Below are positions 36,140-45,000 of a stretch of DNA of 64,000 bases, piece by piece. The stretch comes from Clostridiales bacterium. GTDB lineage: Bacteria; Bacillota; Clostridia; Oscillospirales; Oscillospiraceae. The position numbers and the translations under genes were made by a program. The DNA lies in assembly GCA_021205695.1 (NCBI GenBank), contig JAJPXB010000029.1:5582-69581 (forward strand), given 5' to 3'. The notes under the pieces are model-generated. The model made no database searches and was not told the DNA's origin. It saw only the letters and a program-made list of their open reading frames with translations. How positions within the stretch are numbered: the stretch's first letter is position 1; each line of letters begins with the position of its first letter.

Positions 36140-36910
36140 ATGGAGGGGAATGGGCCAATGCACGGGAGAGAAATCAAAGTAGAAATTGAACAGACGATGC
36201 AAAGTGCATTTTTCAGCAGAGGTCATCTACGCCCTGTATACAGCAAAAAAGAGTCGAAAAGGATGAAACTGAAAGAGGCGTATGCTCTGGCGTTTGGTGC
36301 CTGTTTACGAATAGATGATATGTTCGCAAACGGATGCACCTATGAGGAATATGCTTGTGAGATGGACCGGCATCAGTTCGGACCTCCTGCGCAGGATCTG
36401 CCCCGAACGATGGGCTTTGCCAGGTGGAACGAAAAGGTCAGTATCCGCGTTCCATATCCTCCGCTTGATGTCACCTGTTGCCTATATGTGACGTTCAGAA
36501 TATCTGAATCGGAGAAAAAGTCGCTGCCGAAAATGAAACCGTCACGGCCTGAAGAGAGGCCGCTTCCCAAAAAAGATAAAGAGTGGATATGCCCTGCCTG
36601 TGGAGCCACTTCTTCTATTTCGACGTTCTGCTCTAATTGTGGGAGAAAAAGGGAAAGCAAAGTCGTTGCAAAGTCAAATATCTGTTATTTTGATGCGAAG
36701 GGTGAAATGTGCGAGAAAGAAAACGCCACAACATTCCTTATCACAGAATATGATAAAGACGGCAACCTCATAAATTCTGTTCATGGCTTATACAGGGAAT
36801 GGGTTTGCTGCTGTTGTGGACACAGGAATTCTGCTGATGTGCGTTTCTGTGTTTATTGTGGGAAAAGAAGGGATCATAGGGAAGGGTTTTATGATGAATC
36901 GAAACGATGA
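36140..36910 (+). CDS. Soluble hypothetical protein with two C-terminal zinc ribbons
   Basis: 256 aa. The ribbons are CPACGATSSISTFCSNCG and CCCCGHRNSADVRFCVYCG. No TM helix. The start codon is uncertain because several in-frame ATGs are available. Confidence 0.7.
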   Translation: MEGNGPMHGREIKVEIEQTMQSAFFSRGHLRPVYSKKESKRMKLKEAYALAFGACLRIDDMFANGCTYEEYACEMDRHQFGPPAQDLPRTMGFARWNEKVSIRVPYPPLDVTCCLYVTFRISESEKKSLPKMKPSRPEERPLPKKDKEWICPACGATSSISTFCSNCGRKRESKVVAKSNICYFDAKGEMCEKENATTFLITEYDKDGNLINSVHGLYREWVCCCCGHRNSADVRFCVYCGKRRDHREGFYDESKR

Positions 36911-37271
36911 AGAGCCACTATAGTTATGCCCTTTCTGTGGCGTTTCCATCGATTTAAAAATAAACCGTTGCCTGAGCTGTGACCAGCCAGGATAAATTCC
37001 AGCTTATCGGTTTGTGGTATTGTCGCTGCTGGGATTTCAACATAAAAGCTAATATAAAGTGATCCGCATCCCCTTACAAGCAGAACGCTGTTTCAGGAGT
37101 TGGCAAAACAAATGTTGGAGCAGTCTGAAGCTGGGACAAATGAGACAGACCCCTGATATTTATATCGGCTCTGTCTCATTTTGCCATATCCCATCTGACG
37201 ACCGATGCTCCAAGAGGGCGACGACGTTTTCTCGGATGTGCAATATGTCAAACTAAAATACTTGAACACAG

Positions 37272-37298
37272 AAAAGCAGCTCAGAGCGAGCTGTTTTT
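37272..37298. terminator. Bidirectional intrinsic terminator
   Basis: The stem CAGCTC/GAGCTG has an A-run on the 5' side and a T-run on the 3' side (AAAAGCAGCTCAGAGCGAGCTGTTTTTG). It lies 50 nt downstream of the minus-strand YcxB-like stop. Confidence 0.55.
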
Positions 37299-37348
37299 GT
37301 TTATGAGATGATTCCTGACTGAGGCAGTTAGCCTGCCCGGATCCACTC

Positions 37349-37744
37349 TCATCTGGTCAGCTGGCAGACCTCCGCCGGGGAGCCTGTGGAGAAGCCCGCC
37401 CTGTCCAACAGTACCTCGGAGCCGTTGGTACAGGTCAAAATCAGCAGATGAGGTGTCTCCCGCAGGGAGACGATGTCGTTGTATGGAATTTCCGTCTCCT
37501 CCCCTGTGCCGGTGCGCACGACAAGGTGATCTTCGCAGAAGAAGCTCTCCCGTCGGGGAAGACCGTCCCGGGCCAGGGCGCGATAGGCCCGTTTTTCCTC
37601 TGTGCGGGGCAGCATGACCCGGAGCCAGATGAGAACGGCGGCGTAGAGAATCACCTCGCCTCCCAGAATGGCGGTGTTCCCATCGGTCATGCGGACGACC
37701 AGATACAGAACGACCAGCACGGCCAGCAGCACCCCGGCGACCAT
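37349..37744 (-). CDS. YcxB-like membrane protein (annotated from first ATG; the frame is open 36 codons further upstream)
   Basis: 131 aa from ATG 37744, with a TM helix and a C-terminal domain (HLVVRTGTGEETEIPYNDIVSLRETPHLLIL). The upstream in-frame sequence IAIKEPLAVNIVEITEACFREGAKSVLSRKYNRLTA reads as coding. That stretch begins at ATA 37852, directly after AAGGAGG. Confidence 0.7.
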   Translation of the reverse strand: MVAGVLLAVLVVLYLVVRMTDGNTAILGGEVILYAAVLIWLRVMLPRTEEKRAYRALARDGLPRRESFFCEDHLVVRTGTGEETEIPYNDIVSLRETPHLLILTCTNGSEVLLDRAGFSTGSPAEVCQLTR

Positions 37745-37893
37745 GGCGGTGAGCCGGTTGTACTTTCGGCTCAGAACAGACTTTGCACCCTCCCGGAAAC
37801 AGGCCTCGGTGATCTCGACGATGTTGACCGCGAGGGGCTCCTTTATTGCTATGACTCCTCCTTTGTCTCATAGACGGGTACCTGCTCCGGAAA

Positions 37894-38701
37894 GTGGGCC
37901 TGGATCTCCTCCTCAGAAGAAGGCAAGCGGTAATTAAATACGCCGAGCGCTATGGCGTCTTGGCTGCGTCAAGGCGTTACAATGTATCCAGGCCGACAAC
38001 CTATTCCTGGAAAAAACGTTATGACGGCACCCTCGGATCGCTGAAGAACTTCTCCCGCCGCCCGCATCATCATCCCAATGAGCACACAGAGGCGGAGCTG
38101 AAGCTCATTTGTGATATACGCCGCAGAAATCCCAACGCCGGTCTTGTCGTGTTATGGGTTAAGCTGCGTCAACGGGGCTATTCCCGATCGATCAGCGGCC
38201 TTTTGAAAGTGCTCAAGCGCACAGAGCAGCCCAGAGTAAAATTGATGGCGGTACACTTTTATTGACAAATACAGCCAGTTTCGCCCCTTGGAAGCGTTCC
38301 AGAAGCACAGCTCCTTTTCTCCTCCTGAATTTGCGAAGCATGTAGTGAAGAAATTTCCTTATGTGATCGAGTGCATTCAGACGGGCAATGGAGCGGAGTT
38401 TACCAACCAGCTCAATTCCAAAAGCACAAAGCGGCAGACGTTGTTTGAGCACACGTTGGCCGAGCTGGGAATCTGCCACAGGCTGATTTGCCCCTACACG
38501 CCCAGGCACAACGGCAAAGTAGAGCGCAGCCACCGGAAGGATAATGAATATTTCTATGCTTCACATAAATTCTATTCCTTTGAAGATTTCAAAAAGCAAC
38601 TTGCCGTCTGGGAACGCAAATACAACAATTTCCCCATGCGTCCTCTGTTTTGGCGTTCTCCTAAAGACGTCCTTTCTGCCTTCCCTCAGTGTAAAGTATG
38701 A
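37894..38701 (+). mobile_element. IS481-family transposase remnant (pseudogene: internal deletion + frameshift, degenerate DDE)
   Basis: The HTH part (SRPTTYSWKKRYDG...RRPHHHPNEHTEAELKLICDIRRRNPNAGLVVLWVKLRQRGY) stops at 38265. The rve core resumes in another frame (IDKYSQFRPLEAFQKHS...IQTGNGAEF...YTPRHNGKVERSHR). The segment normally between them is missing, and the usual TDNG reads TGNG. Confidence 0.75.
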
Positions 38702-38875
38702 TTGTCGAACCTACAAATGTAACTTTATAATGATGGCGGCGTGCCATTCTGCCAGAAAATGGTTGACGCTTCGTCTCATGCGCCGCCAGGCGACCAAAGG
38801 CGGTCGAGGCCGCTGCCCTAATTTTCACCTAGCCTGTGTTCAAGAATAAGACGGTCAAATTGCCATTCGGAACCG

Positions 38876-39311
38876 TCAAACAGCAATTTCAGTAACGTCG
38901 GTCTTTTTCATCTTTTGCACATACTGGCAAACTTTGTCGGAAAGCCCCTCTGCCTGTGCTTCCTGCTCCTCCTGGTAAGCTGTCGCTTCCGCATAAAATG
39001 CTTCGGCCTCTTGGGGGAACACTGTGAAATACACAGACACCATGTGCTTACACACGATCCGCTTGCCGTTTGCGTGAGGATAACTGCATTTTGACTTGCG
39101 GAGGTGATCAATGTGAAGTTCTACAGCATAGGGATTGCCGACATTTCCCGAAACGGCTGCCGAAAAACATCCTCGTCTATTTTTTGATGTTTATCACGAT
39201 TCCGCTTTAGAGCAGTCGTAACCGCGCCAGACAGAGGCCCCGCTTGCACATTTAAGAAGTCCCATTTGCCCACCTCACATCGTACTACCCACAATAGGAG
39301 AAGCGCTCCAT
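38876..39311 (-). pseudogene. SWIM zinc-finger family gene remnant (multiple frameshifts)
   Basis: Minus-strand fragments lie in three frames. They read MERFSYCG*, ...KWDFLNVQAGPLSGAVTTALKRN..., and ...NPYAVELHIDHLRKSKCSYPHANGKRIVCKHMVSVYF... The last resembles a CxCxnCxH SWIM finger with the second Cys replaced by Tyr. No intact start codon is present. Confidence 0.35.
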
Positions 39312-39420
39312 ACGATCCCGTTTGCTTTTTGGTTTGGTCGGTTCCTTTTTGCGCGAACCTCCCACCGACTCAGATTGTTTGACAGCGCTGCTACAGAAGC
39401 AAGTGTCCCCAAACAACATT

Positions 39421-39477
39421 AAAATACACAAATAATCCGAACCAGATTTTCCCTAAGGGAAGATCTGGTTCGGATTA
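39421..39477 (-). terminator. Intrinsic terminator of tRNA-Leu
   Basis: 15-bp stem TAATCCGAACCAGAT/ATCTGGTTCGGATTA (39433-39447 / 39463-39477). On the minus strand it is followed by TTTGTGTATTTT. Confidence 0.7.
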
Positions 39478-39480
39478 CAT

Positions 39481-39567
39481 TGGTGCGGATGACGGGACTC
39501 GAACCCGTACGCCCATTCGAGCACAAGCACCTCAAGCTTGCCAGTCTACCAATTCCAGCACATCCGC
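39481..39567 (-). tRNA. tRNA-Leu (anticodon GAG), CCA encoded
   Basis: The minus-strand sequence is GCGGATGTGCTGGAATTGGTAGAC...CAAGC-TTGAGGT-GCTTG...GGGTTCGAGTCCCGTCATCCGCACCA. It has a 7-bp acceptor stem, an anticodon loop with GAG, a long variable arm and a T-loop GGTTCGAGTCC. Confidence 0.93.
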
Positions 39568-39590
39568 ATATCGCATTTTCAACAGATAGT

Positions 39591-39619
39591 ATTATAGTCA
39601 GACTGGGCCGGTTTGTCAA
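39591..39619 (-). promoter_or_regulatory. Consensus sigma-70 promoter of tRNA-Leu
   Basis: On the minus strand, TTGACA (39619-39614), a 17-nt spacer, then TATAAT (39596-39591). This lies about 23 nt upstream of the mature 5' end. Confidence 0.7.
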
Positions 39620-40053
39620 CCGCTTTTTTGCGGCAGACAGGGTGACGTTGTGTAGGTGTTACAATGATGCTTAACAGGTAAGAGGAGAAAAGAGTAGCGA
39701 ATAGGAGAAACCTGTGGTACGGTTCAGTTGCTCAGATCAAACCGGAAAGGCAGGGACCCTATTCGCCATGAATACTTTAACACAAACACTTAGGGGCCTG
39801 GGGGCAGCAGGCCGCCAACAAGCAGCGGAGTATATACCGAGGCACTGCCTGCCCGCTATCATGCGAGGACCGAAGTTTGCCGTTTATCCTTTAAATCGTG
39901 TCGTTTGTCTTTTGCAAACTGCTGTTTGTATGATTAAAAATGCTTTGTGGCATGGTCATATTGTACAAAAGGGTGGCCTGAAATAAAATGTTCACAGATG
40001 GAGACCGGTCCACCAGCACAATCAATTATTCATCATGCAAGGAGGAAATGACC

Positions 40054-41286
40054 ATGAAAAAACACCACCATTGGGGCAAGCGGATGGCTGCGTGCATGAT
40101 CGCCGGACTGCTGCTGCTCAGCGGATGCAGCGGGAGCGATGAGGATGCAGACACGACCGGAGATACCGGTGATACCGAAGCGAGCGCTTCCGACACCGCT
40201 GCCGAGGAGACGGAGGACTATGTTCTCTCCTTCGTAGCGGCGGACAAGACCAACTGGGATATGGAAGTCACGTTTGGCAGCTACGTCTACACGATCGCCG
40301 TCAATCTCTCTGACGACAACACCTTCGCTCTGGTTGGCACCTGCGTGAGCGGCGCGGAGATCGCCAACGAGGACGGCACCACGGAGGAGGTCTCTCTGAC
40401 TGAGGATGAGATGGCCGCCGCGGGATTTGAGATCGACGGCACCTGGTCCTACGAGGAGGGCTGGGGCTACACCCTGACCTTTGACGACGGCAATGACACC
40501 ACGATCACTGCCGACTTTGACACCGCCAGCAGCCGACACTATTTCTATTATAACCTGACGCCCACCGTAAATGGGGAGACGCAGGAGACGACACAGGTCG
40601 AGTTCCAGGTGCAGGACACCGACTTCCGGCAGAGCATTGCTGACGACTATGTGATCGCCGAGGAGCGGAATGCGGTTTACATCTTCTCTGCGAAGGGAAC
40701 TTCCGGAAACGGCAACGCCACCAGCTTGAATATTTATCTGCAGGATAGCGGCAACGTGGCGGTAATCAGTGAGAGCGGTACCTCCACAACCTACAGCACC
40801 GGCACATGGACAGAGGATGAGGCAAATCATGTGTTGAGCGTCACGGTGGGCGGCTCCACCAGTGTGGCCGACTACTGCGACACCGAGGGCAAGGAGGGCT
40901 ATCGCCTGAATTATGTCACCACCAGTATGTGGGGCACCGATACGCAGACCTGTTACTACCCCCTGGTTGACGGTGTCAGCGCAGATGATTACACCGACGA
41001 GGACTTCGAAGGCGCTACCCTCTATACCATGACCTGTGAGGAGGGAGATTACACCATCGACCTGACCGAAAAGGGATTTGCCGTCCTGTACAGCAGCGGC
41101 TCCCGTTCTGAGACGGCCAGCTATACCTACGACGAATCCAGCGACACCTACACCATCACCCTCAGCGACCAGACCCTGACCACCACCAACAATGAAGGAA
41201 CCTATTCTGTGGAGGCCTCCTTTGTACAGACCAGTATGTGGGGCGACGGCGAGACCCTGGTGCGCACCCTGAGCTTCACCAAGTAA
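40054..41286 (+). CDS. Hypothetical lipoprotein (Thr/Asp/Glu-rich)
   Basis: ATG 40054 sits 8 nt after GGAGG (40048 is an alternative). The signal MKKHHHWGKRMAACMIAGLLLLSGC carries a lipobox. It is the first gene of the GH3 operon. Confidence 0.8.
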   Translation: MKKHHHWGKRMAACMIAGLLLLSGCSGSDEDADTTGDTGDTEASASDTAAEETEDYVLSFVAADKTNWDMEVTFGSYVYTIAVNLSDDNTFALVGTCVSGAEIANEDGTTEEVSLTEDEMAAAGFEIDGTWSYEEGWGYTLTFDDGNDTTITADFDTASSRHYFYYNLTPTVNGETQETTQVEFQVQDTDFRQSIADDYVIAEERNAVYIFSAKGTSGNGNATSLNIYLQDSGNVAVISESGTSTTYSTGTWTEDEANHVLSVTVGGSTSVADYCDTEGKEGYRLNYVTTSMWGTDTQTCYYPLVDGVSADDYTDEDFEGATLYTMTCEEGDYTIDLTEKGFAVLYSSGSRSETASYTYDESSDTYTITLSDQTLTTTNNEGTYSVEASFVQTSMWGDGETLVRTLSFTK

Positions 41287-41304
41287 AGGAGGGGAAACAC
41301 GGCC

Positions 41305-42000
41305 ATGAAAGACACCTTGACGGTTGCAAAGGGCAAGCTGGATCAGATGAAAAAGACCCGGAAGCTCCTGTTCGCGGCCTCCCTGATCGCAGCTATCGCC
41401 AGCCTGGTGGTGTTGATTATGTTCAACTTCATGCCGGCCGTCAACCTGACGGTGGCGGGGACAGACAAGTTCGGCAACGGCTTTGACTATCCCGGCTGGC
41501 AGCTCATCTACTATGGCATTGGCATCCAGTACATCCCCGGCTACTACGAATTCGGCTTCGACATCTGGACCTGTCTGGGTATGTTCGTGCCGATCCTGGC
41601 AATCCTGATCTGCACGATCCGGTACGGCGCTGGCAAGAACAAAGAAAAGGCCAGACGGGAATTTATCATGGCGGCTGCCCTGATTTTCGGCGCCCTGATC
41701 CTGGTGAACTGCCGGTTCTTTGCCGAGATGGTGGCTTCCAACGAGGGCCTGAACAGCTTTAAGGACAGCTACCTGACGCCTGCCATCGAGTCCGGCACCT
41801 TTACCCTGCTGACCTTCCCCAAGATCATGTGTGCTGTCTGCCTGATCTCTGCGGCGATCAAAATCGGAAACGGCTGCTTCCTGCTGCATCAGAAGGCGTA
41901 TGCAAAGCAGTATTCCCCCATGATCAAGGCTGCGGAGGCGGCTCCGGCGGCGGGCACGGATATAACGGAAGCACCCACCAAAACAAACGCGACGACATGA
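41305..42000 (+). CDS. Hypothetical 4-TM membrane protein
   Basis: 231 aa with four hydrophobic helices and strong GC3. The gaps to both neighbours are 18 and 16 nt. Confidence 0.75.
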   Translation: MKDTLTVAKGKLDQMKKTRKLLFAASLIAAIASLVVLIMFNFMPAVNLTVAGTDKFGNGFDYPGWQLIYYGIGIQYIPGYYEFGFDIWTCLGMFVPILAILICTIRYGAGKNKEKARREFIMAAALIFGALILVNCRFFAEMVASNEGLNSFKDSYLTPAIESGTFTLLTFPKIMCAVCLISAAIKIGNGCFLLHQKAYAKQYSPMIKAAEAAPAAGTDITEAPTKTNATT

Positions 42001-42016
42001 AAGGAGACAAATCAGA

Positions 42017-45000
42017 ATGAACCGAGCGAAGAAAAGAACGATCTCCATCACTGCGGTGATTGCCGTGGTGCTGGTACTTATGATCGTGCTGACCACCGCC
42101 GCCAACTACTATTCAGAGTATCTGGATCAGTTCCTGGGCTCCGGCGAGCAGATCGTGTCCTCCTCCAGTGAGGACCTGGATGCGGAGTACATCGAATATG
42201 AAGCGACCTCCGATTCCGAATCCAGAGAGATCGCAGCGGAGGTGACCCTGCAGACAGCAGAGGAGGGTATCGTCCTTCTCCGCAACGACGAGAAAGAGGA
42301 CGGCGTCAACGGGAAAGCGCTCCCCCTGGTGAGCAGCGCTGATGAGGCGTCCTCCAAGAAGGTCACGATCCTGGGCTATTACTCCTGGCACAACAACATG
42401 GCCGGCGGCGAGGACCCTGCTACCACCGACGGAGCTGTCTCCATCGGCGTAGGATTGGCGGAGTACTTTGACACCAACGAGGCAGTCACAGAGATTTATG
42501 CCAACGCGACCGGCGACTTTGACGATCCCGCCGCCGCACTGGACGGTGTCAGCGATACCTTCGCTGAGTATGACGTCGCCGTTATCACCATCACCCGTAA
42601 CTCCGGCGAGGGCAACGACCAGGAGCGGGATCTGGGCGAGGCGGAGTATAACCGCACCGGCCTGTCCCTGAAGAACGCCGAGCTGGCGCTGATCGACTAC
42701 GCCTGCAAGAACTTCAACGAGGTCATCATTGTGATCAACTCCGCCAACACCATGGAGCTGGGCTTCCTGGATGTGGACGACGAGAATTACAGCGAGGACG
42801 GGATGTACACCGACCCCTATAGTGGTAATACCTATGATTTCAGCAAGATCGTAGGCGCCTACTGGGCGGGCAGCTGCGGCTCTCAGGGTGGCATTGCCCT
42901 GGCCGAGATCCTCTGCGGCGAGGTGAATCCCTCCGGCCACCTGTCTGACACCCACGCCCGGTATCTCCGGGACGACCCCACCTACTACAACTTCGGCAAC
43001 TTTGAGTACACCAATACCGAGGACCTGGACACCTATCAGGACGCCTCCGTCTACTTCGTAGAGTACGAGGAAGGCATCTATGTCGGTTACCGCTACTATG
43101 AGACTGCCGCCTATGAGGCATCTCAGGGCAACTATGACGGCTACGACTACGACACCGCCGTTGTCTACCCCTTCGGCTATGGCCTGAGCTACACCACCTT
43201 TGACATGGAGTATGACGACGAGCCCACCTACGATGAGGAGACGCAGGAGTACACCTTCAACGTCAAGATCACCAATACCGGCGCTGTGTCCGGTAAGGGC
43301 GTGGCGCAGATCTACGTCAGCACTCCCTGGGAGGAGGGCCAGGTAGAGAAGTCCCATGTGGTCCTGGTGGGCTTTGCCAAGACCCAGGAGCTGGAGCCCG
43401 GCGAGAGCGAGGTCGTGACCATCACGGTCAGCAGAGACTACTTCACCTCCTATGATTACATCACCGAAAAGGCGTATATCCTGGACGCCGGCGACTACAC
43501 CTTCTATCTCTCCGAGAACAGCCACAGCTGGGCGGAGATCGACGAGAACGACAGCACAAAGGTCTGGACGCAGACCATCGAGAAGAAGCTGGTCTACAAT
43601 GAGGACGGCGAGGGCGCCCGCTCCACCGACGAGATCGTGGCCACCAATGTCATGGACGATGAGACCAACTACAAGTTCGTCTCCTATGACGAGGGCTATA
43701 CCGGCGACGGCTATATCCACAGCTTCACCCGTGCCGACTTTGCCGGCTCCTTCCCCACCGCACCTGAGGGCGATGACTACCTGCTGACCGACGAGCGGGC
43801 CATCGAGCAGATCGAGGTCTACGATGTGTGGGATGAGTCCCAGAACGAGATCACGGAGATGCCGGAGACGGACACCGACGAGACCAGCTACACCCTGGCG
43901 GATATGCGAGGCGTAGACTTCGACGATCCCAAGTGGGACGACTATATCAACCAGTTCACCGTAGAGTCCATGGCCTATATGTTCATGAACGGCGGCTGGA
44001 ACGAGATGGCGGACACGGACAACGGCGTTCCCATCAGCTATGACGCAGACTCCCCCTACGGTTTCTACGCTGGACAGCTCCAGATCAGCATCTATGAGCG
44101 CAACGTCTGGTACTGCGGCGCGCCTATGGTGGCAGCCACCTTCAACACCGAGCTGTGCTATGAGCTGGGCCAGGCCTTCGGCGAGGAAGCCTATCAGTTC
44201 AAGCAGGAGGATGGACAGCCCATCACCGGCCTGTACGGCTACGGCATGAATACTCACCGCTCCGCTTTCGGCGGCCGGAACTACGAGTACTATTCCGAGG
44301 ACCCGCTCCTCTCCGGCAAGATGGGCGCGGCCGAGGCCTCCGGCGCCTCTGAAAAGGGCCTGATCGTGTTCATGAAGCACTACGCCCTGAATGAGCAGGA
44401 GCTCAACCGCCAGAACAACGGCTACTGCTCCTGGTGCGACGAGCAGACCTTCCGTGAGATCTACAACAAGTCCTTTGAGATTTACATGAAGGAAGCCACC
44501 ATGACCGTCAACTACTATGAGGTCAACGAGGACACCGGCGAGTATGAGATGGTGAGTAAGGAGATGTCTGCGGCCACCGGCCTGATGACATCGTATAACC
44601 GAATAGGCGCCACCTACTCCAGTGCGTCGCCGGTCATCAACACCATTCTCCGTCAGGAGTGCGGATTCACCGGGACCATCATTACCGATGCCGGCGGCGA
44701 GCCCAACAGCTACATGACGACCGACTACGCGCTCCGGCGGGGCACCAACCTGACCCTGACCAACAACGGCACCAACGGACTGTATGACACCTCCAGTGCC
44801 ACGGCGGTCTACTGGCTCAAACAGTCCACCAAGTATTTGCTGTACAACAAGGCGAACTCCAACGCAGTTCAGGGCATGGCGCCCGGCGACATCATCACCT
44901 ACACCACTTCCCCCTGGCGCATCGGCCTGTACATCGCATGGGCGGTGGTTGCGGCGGCCTGCGCAGCCGGCATCGTCTACTGCATCATGCTGAACACCGG

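Noticed and set aside
39714-39986. 90-aa ORF between tRNA-Leu and the lipoprotein gene
   Set aside because: It has a GTG start without an RBS, mixed codon bias and no motifs. It lies in the promoter region of the GH3 operon. The 65-aa ORF at 37059-37256 was rejected for the same reasons.
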